From a virus (lineage: Duplodnaviria; Caudoviricetes), in the IMG/VR virus record IMGVR_UViG_3300025387_000015, positions 12,555 through 76,554 of that record: 64,000 bases of DNA; one strand, 5' to 3'. The notes under the pieces are model-generated. The model saw only the letters and a program-made list of their open reading frames with translations, was not told the DNA's origin and searched no databases. The translations under genes and the position numbers were made by a program. Below, piece by piece: positions 9,747 through 19,716 of this stretch. The first letter of the stretch is position 1. The number at the start of each line of letters is the position of its first letter.

Positions 9747-10714
9747 TGTTTGGTCAAACTTTTTACTTCTCAACTATTCGTAAATATGTTATTCTTGTTG
9801 GAACATTATTCAACGACATTCGCGTAATAAAGACAGACCCAAAATCAAACAATGAGGTATCACTAGTCAGGGTTCCAATCACTTACGGACCAAAAGATAA
9901 AATGTTAGCTCGTGTGTTTCAAGATCCTAACATTGATAGACCTACTGCTACTTTTCCATTACCAATGATATCGTTCCAGATGTTAAAATTATCATACGAT
10001 GGAACAAGAAAATTACACACGATTGGCAAAGTCACAAACAAAAGCGAATTAACAACTGAACAGAGTATTTTCAGATACCAATACAACCCAGTTCCATATA
10101 ATATAGACTTTAAAGTTCATATATATACTAAGAATGTCGAAGATGGAACTAAAATAATCGAACAAGTTCTTCCATTTTTTACTCCAGATTGGACAACAAG
10201 GGTCAAATTGATTCCTGAAATGAATATCACTATGGATATTCCTGTTGTTTTAAATGATATTTCATATGAAGATAATTATGAAGGAGACCTTAAAGACAGA
10301 AGAGAAATAATATGGACTTTGGATATGACTGTTAAAGGTTATATCTATGGCCCAGTTAAGAAATCTGGAATTATTAAATTCGTTAATGTTGATTTTTATA
10401 TTCCAGAGGTCAGCGATGGTCAGTTACCATCAGCCGTAGGTAACAGTTCAATTCAATATAAGTTTACAGTACAACCTGGTTTATCTAATACTGGGCAACC
10501 TATAAATTACAGTGGTAAAGCAAACACTAATACTGGTACAGTTCCATATCAGGAAATACAAGCATCTGATGATTATGGATTTATTACTCAGATATATGAT
10601 ATAGCAGCTGAAAATAATTCTGTAGCATCTACTGTGACATTGACTGACGATATTATTACTGTAAAAGTAGATAGTCTTATAACTATTGACACTACATATA
10701 TTGAAGTAGCATAA
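9746..10714 (+). CDS. gp15: Tail sheath stabiliser/completion protein gp15
   Basis: FYFSTIRKYVILVGTLFNDI, VPITYGPK, IIEQVLPFFTP. Confidence 0.9.
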   Translation: MFGQTFYFSTIRKYVILVGTLFNDIRVIKTDPKSNNEVSLVRVPITYGPKDKMLARVFQDPNIDRPTATFPLPMISFQMLKLSYDGTRKLHTIGKVTNKSELTTEQSIFRYQYNPVPYNIDFKVHIYTKNVEDGTKIIEQVLPFFTPDWTTRVKLIPEMNITMDIPVVLNDISYEDNYEGDLKDRREIIWTLDMTVKGYIYGPVKKSGIIKFVNVDFYIPEVSDGQLPSAVGNSSIQYKFTVQPGLSNTGQPINYSGKANTNTGTVPYQEIQASDDYGFITQIYDIAAENNSVASTVTLTDDIITVKVDSLITIDTTYIEVA

Positions 10715-10730
10715 TTGATTGGATAAAATA

Positions 10731-11147
10731 ATGCAAGATGATGACGATCCCATCGGAAAGACGTTGGGTTTGGAACCGTTGGAAAATAAAATTGATGTAA
10801 TTGACAAAATGTTGATCGAAAGTCATGATGATTCTGCGTCAAAAGATTTCGAAACAGCAAGGGCAAACTTACACGAAATGATTAACGACGGTAAAGAAGC
10901 CATGTTCAAACTAGCAGAGATAGCCTCTTCTAGTCAGCATCCACGAGCATTTGAAGTTTATGCTAAACTGATGGATACTATGATACAAGCAAACGAAAAA
11001 TTACTGGATATGCAAGAAAAAATAAGAGAAATAAGGCATGTTGATTCTCCAATAAACGAGAAAGCCAAATCAGTAACAAATAATTTATTTGTTGGTTCAA
11101 CTGCAGAACTCCAAAAAGTATTGAAAGACATGAAGAACAATGAGTGA
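10731..11147 (+). CDS. gp16: Terminase small subunit gp16
   Basis: DFETARANL, HPRAFEV, NNLFVGSTAELQK. Confidence 0.88.
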   Translation: MQDDDDPIGKTLGLEPLENKIDVIDKMLIESHDDSASKDFETARANLHEMINDGKEAMFKLAEIASSSQHPRAFEVYAKLMDTMIQANEKLLDMQEKIREIRHVDSPINEKAKSVTNNLFVGSTAELQKVLKDMKNNE

Positions 11148-12786
11148 CGACAAATTATTAGGTGGCTATAAAGGTAATGTCCTTCTAAAGAAATCAAATC
11201 AGTCTATAGAGTGGACTCAGGATTTAATCCAGGAATACATAAAGTGTCAGGAAGATCCAGTTTACTTTACTGAAAATTACATGAAAATCATTAACGTGGA
11301 CGAAGGTCTGGTTTCTTTTAAATTGTATGATTACCAAAAAGAAATGGTAACTTCCTTTAAAGATAACCGTTATAGTATTATTACTACTGCTCGTCAGGCA
11401 GGTAAATCAACAACTACTTGTGCTTTCATTTTATGGTATATAATTTTCAATCCTGAGAAAACTGTTGCATTGCTGGCCAACAAAGGCGATACGGCTCGAG
11501 AAATTCTTGGACGTGTTCAATTAGCATATCAGCATCTACCAAAATGGTTGCAACAGGGTGTTTTGGAATGGAACAAAGGTTCATTCGTTTTAGAAAATAA
11601 TTCAAGAGTTATCGCTGCTGCTACTTCTGCTTCTGCCATTCGTGGTTATTCTATCAACTTGCTGTTTATCGACGAAGCGGCGTTCATTGAAAACTGGGAC
11701 GAATTCTTTACGTCAGTATATCCAACAATTTCGTCTGGTTCTGAATCAAAAATTATACTTGTATCCACACCAAATGGTCTTAATCATTTTTATGCAACTT
11801 GGGTAAACGCTCAAGAAGGAAAAAATGGCTATAATCCAATATTAGTTAATTGGCAAAAAGTTCCTGGCAGAGACGAAGAATGGAAAAATAATACTATAGC
11901 AGGTATGAACTTCGATCTGGAAAAATTCGATCAGGAGTACAACTGTGAATTCCTAGGCTCTTCTGGCACTCTTATAGCTGGCTGGAAACTTAAAGAACTG
12001 GTGCATCAAGCGCCAATGGTAGAAAAGGAAGGTTTAATACAATATTTTCAACCCGAGAAAAATGATGTATATATGATGGTTTGTGACGTTTCTCGAGGTA
12101 AAGGTTTGGACTACTCGGCATTTCAATTGATAAATGTTTCAAGAATGCCTTATCAGCAAACTTGCGTATACAGAAATAACGCTGTTACACCAATTGATTA
12201 CGCTGAAGTAATCCATAGAGTAGCGAAAGCATATAATAATGCTTCTGTTCTGGTTGAAGTCAATGACATCGGTGAACAGGTTTCGCACTCTTTACACTAT
12301 GATTTTGGTTATGAACACGTACTGTTTACAGAAAACGCTGGTAGATCTGGTAAAAGAATTACTAGTGGGTTTGGTGGTGCTGCTGTCGATAAAGGCATCA
12401 GAACTACTAAAATTGTTAAATCTGTTGGTTGTTCCATTTTAAAACTTTTAGTGGAACAGAACCAATTTGTCGTTAACGATTTTCATACGATCAACGAATT
12501 ATCAACGTTCTCCAAGAAAGGAACTTCCTATGAAGCAGAACCTGGTAAGCACGATGATCTGGTTATGTGTCTAGTGCTTTTCGCTTGGCTTTCCGAACAA
12601 CAATATTTCAAGGATTATACTAATATTAATACCTTGAATTCACTAAGAGATAAAACTGAAGAGGACATGGAACAAGACATGGCCCCCTTTGGCTTTCTAG
12701 AAGATGGTAGAGATGGCTTTATTAATGATGAATTTGTTCAAATGCACCCAGACGCCTGGATGTGGCAAGAACAACCTGACTTCTAA
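11140..12786 (+). CDS. gp17: Terminase large subunit gp17
   Basis: ARQAGKST Walker A, LFIDEAAF Walker B, DVSRGKGLDYS, HDDLVM. Confidence 0.95.
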   Translation: MSDDKLLGGYKGNVLLKKSNQSIEWTQDLIQEYIKCQEDPVYFTENYMKIINVDEGLVSFKLYDYQKEMVTSFKDNRYSIITTARQAGKSTTTCAFILWYIIFNPEKTVALLANKGDTAREILGRVQLAYQHLPKWLQQGVLEWNKGSFVLENNSRVIAAATSASAIRGYSINLLFIDEAAFIENWDEFFTSVYPTISSGSESKIILVSTPNGLNHFYATWVNAQEGKNGYNPILVNWQKVPGRDEEWKNNTIAGMNFDLEKFDQEYNCEFLGSSGTLIAGWKLKELVHQAPMVEKEGLIQYFQPEKNDVYMMVCDVSRGKGLDYSAFQLINVSRMPYQQTCVYRNNAVTPIDYAEVIHRVAKAYNNASVLVEVNDIGEQVSHSLHYDFGYEHVLFTENAGRSGKRITSGFGGAAVDKGIRTTKIVKSVGCSILKLLVEQNQFVVNDFHTINELSTFSKKGTSYEAEPGKHDDLVMCLVLFAWLSEQQYFKDYTNINTLNSLRDKTEEDMEQDMAPFGFLEDGRDGFINDEFVQMHPDAWMWQEQPDF

Positions 12787-12850
12787 AAGATGATATTTAA
12801 TAAATAATTTTAAATTTGGAATTAATTTCTTGTCTTAAAAGGAGAAAATA

Positions 12851-15157
12851 ATGGCTACTTTACTTAGTCCAGGCGTAAATGTTACCGAAATTGACCTCAC
12901 CACAATAGTTCCATCAGTAGCTACTTCAACAGGCGCTATTGCAGGTCTATTCCGTTGGGGACCAGTTGGCCAGAGAGTTCTAATTGACTCAGAAACCAAC
13001 CTTGTTAGTATGTTCGGTAAGCCAACAAATTACAATGCGGAAACATTCTTTTCTGCCGCTAACTTCCTTGCATACACCAACGCTCTATATGTAGTTCGTG
13101 CAGCTAATACTTCTGGTGCTGTTGCTTCTCAGAATTTCGTAGCAAACACAGTTGGTAACACTGTTTCAAATAACATTTTTCTTGTTGTTTCTGGTAACAC
13201 TAATGGTATTTCTGCCGGTATGTATGTTACACAGTCAGCTAATCCAAACGTTGTTATTGCTTCAAGCACTACAACAGTTACTAATATTGTGAACTCAACT
13301 GCTATTCAGTTATCATCATCTGCAAATGTTAGTACTTCAGCTAACCTTTATTTTGGTTGGCCGCAGACTAGCTATTCAGCTCTTGGTCTAGAATCAGGAA
13401 CTTATGTTTCAAACCTAGTAAACCAAATTATCACTAATGATATTGATTATCAAAATACAATTGCTACTGGTAATTTCCAGAATGGTATTCAATACATTGC
13501 GAAATATCCTGGTTTAATCGGTAACTCTTTAAGAGTTTCAGTTGTTGATAATGCTAATTCTTATTCTTCAAATATCGCTCTTACGCCAAACAGCTCTATT
13601 ACTGGCAACGTAACAATTTCTGTTGGTTCTAACTCTGCTCAGTTAGTGTTCCTCGGTGATACTTCAGGAACTTACGCAATTAATGTTGCAAGTCAAATTA
13701 GTGTTGGAGATCAGATCCAATTTGGTAACACTTCAATAAACCTTCAATATATGCAGGTAACTGGTGTTTCTGGCGTATCATCAAATGGTCTTGGTTCATC
13801 AATTACCCTTAACTTCCAAATACCATATAGATTATCTTCAAACTACTCTTCAAACGTAGTTAACAGAAATTGGGAATTCTTCAATGCCGTCGGAACTGCT
13901 CCTGGCCAATCACGCTGGCAACAGTACAATGGTAATACTGCTGCTAAAGATGAGCTACATGTAGTAGTTGTTGACAATGGTGGTCTATTTACCGGTACTC
14001 CTGGAACTATTCTTGAAACATTTAAAGGTCTCTCAAGAGCTACTGATGCTCAGACTTCCGATGGTAGCACTAACTACTATGTTAACGTTCTTAATCAGAA
14101 TTCATCTTATATTTGGTGGGCAAATGACAGAGGTCTAGCTCCATCAAATACTGGCATGAATCTAGTTTCTTCTTCTTCAAGCGGTCCTGGTAATTATCAG
14201 TTCGCTCTTGGTTCAGATGGCCTTAACGAGTCAAATATTGATCTTTCAACTGTTGCTTCTGGATATGACTTATTTGTATCAAAAGAAGATGTTGATATTT
14301 CTATCGTAATGCAGGGTCGTCCAATTGGAGGAACAACTGTAGTAAACGGTCAGACTATCCAAAATCATTTATTAGCAAACTATATCATTGATAACTTGGC
14401 AGAAATCAGAAAAGACTGCGTTGTTGCTATTTCTCCTGATAAAAATATCACACTAAACAACTATGGCTTGCAATCAACTGGCCTAGTTAACTGGAGAAAT
14501 GCTCTTCATGACAGTTCATATGCTGTTGTCGATTCTGGTTACAAATATCAATACGATCGCTATAACGATATCTATCGTTGGATCCCATTGAATGGAGACA
14601 TTGCTGGCCTTATGGCAAGAACAGATCAAACTAATGATGCTTGGTGGTCACCTGCTGGCTTCAATCGTGGTCAAATCAAGAACCTTGTTAAACTAGCATA
14701 TAACCCAAAACATACTGATAGGGATCTTCTTTATGTTAATGGCGTTAATCCAGTAGTTACTTTCCCTGGTCAGGGTACAGTTCTATTCGGTGATAAAACT
14801 CTTCAGTCAAAACCATCTGCATTCGATAGAATCAATGTTCGCAGACTGTTTATTGTCCTAGAAAAGGCAATCTCTCAGGCTGCTAAGTACTCTCTATTCG
14901 AGTTCAACGATGCGTTTACTAGAGCTCAGTTTAAAAATCTTATTATTCCATATCTTAGAACTATTCAGGGCAGACGTGGTATTACTGACTTCCTAGTAGT
15001 ATGCGACGAAACCAATAATACTCCTCAGATAATTGATTCAAATCAGTTCGTAGGCGATATCTACATTAAGCCAGCTAGAAGCATCAACTTCATCCAGCTT
15101 AACTTTATCGCTGTAGGAACTGGCGTTCAATTCTCTCAGGTCGTTGGCCAGTTTTAA
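12851..15157 (+). CDS. gp18: Tail sheath protein gp18
   Basis: LLSPGVNVTEIDLT, WWSPAGFNRG, FDRINVRRLF. Confidence 0.95.
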   Translation: MATLLSPGVNVTEIDLTTIVPSVATSTGAIAGLFRWGPVGQRVLIDSETNLVSMFGKPTNYNAETFFSAANFLAYTNALYVVRAANTSGAVASQNFVANTVGNTVSNNIFLVVSGNTNGISAGMYVTQSANPNVVIASSTTTVTNIVNSTAIQLSSSANVSTSANLYFGWPQTSYSALGLESGTYVSNLVNQIITNDIDYQNTIATGNFQNGIQYIAKYPGLIGNSLRVSVVDNANSYSSNIALTPNSSITGNVTISVGSNSAQLVFLGDTSGTYAINVASQISVGDQIQFGNTSINLQYMQVTGVSGVSSNGLGSSITLNFQIPYRLSSNYSSNVVNRNWEFFNAVGTAPGQSRWQQYNGNTAAKDELHVVVVDNGGLFTGTPGTILETFKGLSRATDAQTSDGSTNYYVNVLNQNSSYIWWANDRGLAPSNTGMNLVSSSSSGPGNYQFALGSDGLNESNIDLSTVASGYDLFVSKEDVDISIVMQGRPIGGTTVVNGQTIQNHLLANYIIDNLAEIRKDCVVAISPDKNITLNNYGLQSTGLVNWRNALHDSSYAVVDSGYKYQYDRYNDIYRWIPLNGDIAGLMARTDQTNDAWWSPAGFNRGQIKNLVKLAYNPKHTDRDLLYVNGVNPVVTFPGQGTVLFGDKTLQSKPSAFDRINVRRLFIVLEKAISQAAKYSLFEFNDAFTRAQFKNLIIPYLRTIQGRRGITDFLVVCDETNNTPQIIDSNQFVGDIYIKPARSINFIQLNFIAVGTGVQFSQVVGQF

Positions 15158-15188
15158 TAAATAGATAAAACTCTAAGGGAGTACAAAA

Positions 15189-15791
15189 ATGCCATTTAAT
15201 GTTAACACTTTTAAATCTCAAGGTCTGGTATATGGTGGTACCAGACCATCCCTATTCAGTATTTCATTAATACCTCCAGGGGGAATTGGTATCGATAACG
15301 TATCAGTTCAGAAATTCAGTTTTGTTGCTCGAGCAGCTGAACTGCCAGCTTCTGAAGTCGCTTCTTTTGATGTTCCATATTTTGGAAGAAAAATTAAACT
15401 TTCTGGCGATAGAACTTTTTCTGACTGGCGCGTAACTATTATGAACGATGAAGATTTTTCTGTACGCTCGTTGTTTGAAGCATGGTCAAACGCTATCAAC
15501 CGTATGGTTGCTAACGTTCGTGATCCTGCTGCAGCAGGAGAAGCCTATAAAACTCAATTAGAAGTTATGCAGTATGCTAAAGATGGTCAATTAATACGAT
15601 CATATTTTCTAGTTGGAGCTTTTCCAACAGTTATTGATGCTATTCCACTTGATTGGAATTCTACTAATGCTATTGAAGAATTTGCTGTTACTTTCTCTTA
15701 TGATTATTGGATACCAAATGTTGAATCATCTTCATTCAAAGCTGGTGGCGTTAATCTTTATGCAGGAAGAGCATCATCGGGCAGTCCATAA
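15189..15791 (+). CDS. gp19: Tail tube protein gp19
   Basis: GGTRPSLF, GRKIKLSGDRTFSDWRVT, IEEFAVTFSYDYW. Confidence 0.93.
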   Translation: MPFNVNTFKSQGLVYGGTRPSLFSISLIPPGGIGIDNVSVQKFSFVARAAELPASEVASFDVPYFGRKIKLSGDRTFSDWRVTIMNDEDFSVRSLFEAWSNAINRMVANVRDPAAAGEAYKTQLEVMQYAKDGQLIRSYFLVGAFPTVIDAIPLDWNSTNAIEEFAVTFSYDYWIPNVESSSFKAGGVNLYAGRASSGSP

Positions 15792-15817
15792 ATAAATATA
15801 TTTTTATACTTTGACAA

Positions 15818-15838
15818 GAGGGGAGTAATTCTCCCCTC
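15818..15838 (+). other. GC-rich hairpin between gp19 and gp20
   Basis: gaggggag-taatt-ctcccctc inverted repeat just before the gp20 SD. Confidence 0.55.
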
Positions 15839-15854
15839 GTATTTGGAGAATTAA

Positions 15855-17657
15855 ATGGCAATATCCTTATTCGGATTCGAATTCAAGCGTAAAACTCAAG
15901 ATCAAGACCCAATTCCATCATTTGCTCCAAAAGAATCAGATGATGGTGCAGTAGTCATTGCAGCTGGTGGTGCTTATGGAACTTACGTTGACCTTGATGG
16001 TACTGTAAGAACAGAAGCAGAATTAGTAACAAAATATCGTGAAATGTCACTTCATCCAGAATGTGATGCAGCCGTTGATGAAATTGTAAATGAATCAATT
16101 TCCATTGACGAAGAAGATATTGTTTCTATCAATTTAGATAATATTAAACTTTCAGATAATATCAAAAAAGCAATTACTGATGAATTCAATAATTGTCTAA
16201 AGATTTTAGATTTTAATAATCATGCTTATGAAATATATCGCCGTTGGTATGTTGATGGTAGATTATATTATCATGTTATTGTTGATCCAAAAGATCCTAA
16301 ATCTGGCATCAAAGAAGTAAGATATATCGATCCTCGTAAAATACGTAAAGTAAGAGAAATCTCAAAGAAAAGAGTTTCCTCTGAAAACCCAGATGGTGCT
16401 TCAATTGCCAAAACAGTTAATGAATATTTTATATTCAATGATAAAGGTTTCAACTATGGAAACAAAGTAGTTGGCCCATCAACGACTGGTTTGAAAATTG
16501 CCAAAGATTCTATTTTACATATTGTTTCTGGATTAACTGATAACCAAGGAACAATGGTTCTTTCGTATCTTCATAAAGCAATTAAGTCGCTTAATCAGTT
16601 ACGCACACTAGAAGATGCGTTAGTTATCTATAGATTATCTCGTGCTCCTGAACGCCGTATTTGGTATATTGATGTTGGTAATCTACCAAAAATGAAAGCT
16701 GAACAATACGTTCGCGATATTATGGTAAAACACAAGAATAGATTAATTTATGATGGTAACACTGGCGAAGTAAGAGACGATCGCAAGTTTATGACAATGC
16801 TTGAAGATTATTGGTTACCACGTAGAGAAGGTGGTCGTGGTACTGAAGTTACTACGCTTCCTGGAGGTCAGACGCTTGGGCAGATGGACGACGTTCTATA
16901 TTTCCAAAAGAAATTTCTAAACTGCTTAAATGTTCCTATTTCAAGATTGAACTCAGATGCTTTGTTTTCAGTAGGTCGTGCAACTGAAATTACTAGAGAT
17001 GAATTAAAGTTCGCAAGATTCGTTATCCGTTTAAGAACTAAATTTACCAATCTATTCATTAAAATGTTAGAGAAGCAATTAGTTCTAAAGGGCGTTATGA
17101 CAATTGAAGATTGGGAAAAGATTGCTGCAGATATTAAATTTGATTACGCCAAAGATAACTATTTCACTGAATTGAAAAATGCTGAAATTGCTCAAAACCG
17201 TGTTCAACTTGTTCAAACTTTCGATCAAGCTGGTATTATCGGTAAATATGTTTCTCATGATTATATCCGCAAAGAAGTAATGATGCAAACTGATGAGGAC
17301 ATCGATGAGCAAGATAAACTGATAGCAAAAGAAAATAATTCTGGAGATAGTAGATGGATCAATCCAGCTATCGAGCAAAATATAGATATGATGAATCAAA
17401 TGAATATGCAAAACCAACAAGCTCAAATGCAAATGGATGCTATGAATCAACCACAAGAAGAACAACAGGATCCAGAAACTGCAAAGAAAATGGAATCTGT
17501 TCGTCAAGCAATGATAGTGGTTGACCAAATGAAAGAAAAAGGCAAAGATAACAGATCAATGCAAGATGAGGCCAAATACAAATCAGCATTACAGATTATC
17601 GCGAAGAATAAAGGTTTATTGTCCCAAATGGGTCAGCCACAGTCGGCAGCTCAATAA
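15855..17657 (+). CDS. gp20: Portal protein gp20
   Basis: RRWYVDGRLYYH, EDALVIYRLSRAPERRIWYIDVGNLPK, EDYWLPRREGGRGTEVTTLPGG. Confidence 0.95.
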   Translation: MAISLFGFEFKRKTQDQDPIPSFAPKESDDGAVVIAAGGAYGTYVDLDGTVRTEAELVTKYREMSLHPECDAAVDEIVNESISIDEEDIVSINLDNIKLSDNIKKAITDEFNNCLKILDFNNHAYEIYRRWYVDGRLYYHVIVDPKDPKSGIKEVRYIDPRKIRKVREISKKRVSSENPDGASIAKTVNEYFIFNDKGFNYGNKVVGPSTTGLKIAKDSILHIVSGLTDNQGTMVLSYLHKAIKSLNQLRTLEDALVIYRLSRAPERRIWYIDVGNLPKMKAEQYVRDIMVKHKNRLIYDGNTGEVRDDRKFMTMLEDYWLPRREGGRGTEVTTLPGGQTLGQMDDVLYFQKKFLNCLNVPISRLNSDALFSVGRATEITRDELKFARFVIRLRTKFTNLFIKMLEKQLVLKGVMTIEDWEKIAADIKFDYAKDNYFTELKNAEIAQNRVQLVQTFDQAGIIGKYVSHDYIRKEVMMQTDEDIDEQDKLIAKENNSGDSRWINPAIEQNIDMMNQMNMQNQQAQMQMDAMNQPQEEQQDPETAKKMESVRQAMIVVDQMKEKGKDNRSMQDEAKYKSALQIIAKNKGLLSQMGQPQSAAQ

Positions 17658-17669
17658 GGAGTTATGTAA

Positions 17670-17858
17670 ATGATTGATGATAATAAATATAGTATAACGG
17701 ATTTAATTTCTAACGCTTTTGATCAGAAGCCAACTGAATTCGAAAATAATTTCGGTTCATTAATGGTTGATAGACTTAGATCAGCGGTAGAAATAAAGAA
17801 ACAAGAAATTGCTGCTTCGATGTTCAATCCTGTAGCGGCAGAAACAGAGGAAGAATAA
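17670..17858 (+). CDS. Small acidic prohead core protein (gp67-like)
   Basis: Position after portal; acidic C-terminus. Confidence 0.55.
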   Translation: MIDDNKYSITDLISNAFDQKPTEFENNFGSLMVDRLRSAVEIKKQEIAASMFNPVAAETEEE

Positions 17859-18760
17859 TGGCCAAGCATCTAAGAACCATTACAGAGGGTAAACTAGAAG
17901 GCGTCAAGAAATCTACAACAGTTCCTGGTTCAACAGGTTCTATTCCTGGCGTAGACTATGACCCAAAGGCACCCGACGATCAAGAATTTGTTAAATTACA
18001 TTCTACTGAAAAGCATGCTGATCGTGTTGGTAATGGACCAGATGTTTATGCTGGATCAAAACAGAAACCATCTTTAGAAACTCCAGCTGCTAAGAATATG
18101 GGTCGTAAAAATATTAAAGACTCAATGAAAGTAAATGAAGGAGCAACTTGCAACGAATCACCTGCCGGAACTAAATGCCCAGTTCATGATCTAGATGATT
18201 GTTCAGGTAAAACTGGAAAAAGCAAATACCTACTTTTAGATAAAAATAAAATGAACGAAGAATCCGTCGAAGAGGGTATTCGCCCTATGACACGTAAATA
18301 TTCTTCTTCAAAAGATGATCCTAAGAAATATTCTAACGAATATCCAAAACCATTCAGACAGCCAGGAACTCCATCAAAATCAGACTTAAGATCAATTATC
18401 TCTTCTGCTTCGAAAGGTAAAACTATCACTAAACTTCCTGCTGGTAAAGCAAAAGGTATAAAAGAAGAAGAGCAGATTGATGAAGTTTTAACAAAGAAAA
18501 CTCCAGTCTCTTCAGTAATCCATGATTTCGTTCATTCAGATAATCCTAAGTTTGCAGGAAAATCTAAAAAAGAACGTCAGAAAATGGCACTAGGCGCTTA
18601 CTATGGTATGCATCCAGAAAAATCTAAAAAGGTTCATGAAGATGCTGCCGAGCCAATGTTAGAAGGTGGTAAAAAGAAAAAAACACAAAAAGAAGATGGT
18701 CAAATTATGCCAGCTAAAACAGATAGCGGCGCAGCAGATGACGCAGCGAGGTTAGTATGA
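17858..18760 (+). CDS. Probable internal head/prohead core protein
   Basis: Charged low-complexity protein between portal and protease; HDFVHSDNPKFAGKSKKERQKMALGAYY motif. Confidence 0.55.
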   Translation: MAKHLRTITEGKLEGVKKSTTVPGSTGSIPGVDYDPKAPDDQEFVKLHSTEKHADRVGNGPDVYAGSKQKPSLETPAAKNMGRKNIKDSMKVNEGATCNESPAGTKCPVHDLDDCSGKTGKSKYLLLDKNKMNEESVEEGIRPMTRKYSSSKDDPKKYSNEYPKPFRQPGTPSKSDLRSIISSASKGKTITKLPAGKAKGIKEEEQIDEVLTKKTPVSSVIHDFVHSDNPKFAGKSKKERQKMALGAYYGMHPEKSKKVHEDAAEPMLEGGKKKKTQKEDGQIMPAKTDSGAADDAARLV

Positions 18761-19002
18761 ATATTTTAAAACCACAAGGCGCAGAAATATCTATTGGTAC
18801 AGCAAACACAGTTGCTAATTCTGTGTTAGTAAGAGTTTTAAACACAGGCGCTGCTGCTGTACTTAGATTTAAAGATAGTACTGGTTCAGAATATGCAAAT
18901 CTGACTGTTTCGAATGCTCAGTATGTTGTTGTTCAAAAAAATACAACAGACACGCTTACTGGCGCTAACATGTTAGCTGTTCCAGTGGCTTACAAAAATT
19001 AA
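18757..19002 (+). CDS. Small head-region hypothetical protein
   Basis: ORF translationally coupled before gp21. Confidence 0.55.
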   Translation: MNILKPQGAEISIGTANTVANSVLVRVLNTGAAAVLRFKDSTGSEYANLTVSNAQYVVVQKNTTDTLTGANMLAVPVAYKN

Positions 19003-19011
19003 GGAACAGTA

Positions 19012-19683
19012 ATGAAACTAATTACAGAACTAGTAGAAGAAACAAATTATATTACCGAAGTAAACGAAAGCGGCAGGAAAGATCATTTCATTGCTGGTCG
19101 TTTTATTACGGCAGAAGAAACAAATAAAAATGGAAGAAGATATCCGAAAGCTGTTCTGGAAAAAGAAGTTGATAGATATATTCGTGAGATGATTAACACC
19201 AAAAGAGCATTAGGCGAACTTAATCATCCACAAGGTCCAACTATCAATCTTGATAGAGTTTCTCATATGATTACTGAACTAAAATGGGACGGTAATTACG
19301 TTAATGGTAAAGCCAAAATAACAGAAACTCCAATGGGAGAAATTGTTAAAGGTCTTCTTGAATCCGGATGGCAAGGTGGAGTTTCAACACGTGGCATGGG
19401 TTCATTGAAAGAATCAAACGGTACTATGGTTGTTCAGCCAGATTTCAAATTATCTACAGTTGATATTGTATCAGATCCATCAGGTCCAGGATGTTTTGTT
19501 AATGGTATCATGGAAGGCGTTGAATGGATTTTTGATCCTGTAAAGAACACATGGCATGAAGAAAAACTTCATGAAATGAAAAAAGAAATTCGTAAAATGA
19601 CTAGAGAAGAGATAGAAAAGAAGCAATTGGCTATGTTTGAAAATTATATTGCTTCCCTGACAGTAAAAGATTATCTAATATAA
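19012..19683 (+). CDS. gp21: Prohead protease gp21
   Basis: NGRRYP, ALGELNHP, GVSTRGMGSL, VSDPS. Confidence 0.93.
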   Translation: MKLITELVEETNYITEVNESGRKDHFIAGRFITAEETNKNGRRYPKAVLEKEVDRYIREMINTKRALGELNHPQGPTINLDRVSHMITELKWDGNYVNGKAKITETPMGEIVKGLLESGWQGGVSTRGMGSLKESNGTMVVQPDFKLSTVDIVSDPSGPGCFVNGIMEGVEWIFDPVKNTWHEEKLHEMKKEIRKMTREEIEKKQLAMFENYIASLTVKDYLI

Positions 19684-19686
19684 ATA
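19679..19686 (+). promoter_or_regulatory. T4-type late promoter TATAAATA
   Basis: Exact consensus upstream of gp22. Confidence 0.75.
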
Positions 19687-19716
19687 ATTATAAATTTTAA
19701 TAAGGAGACTATTCTA

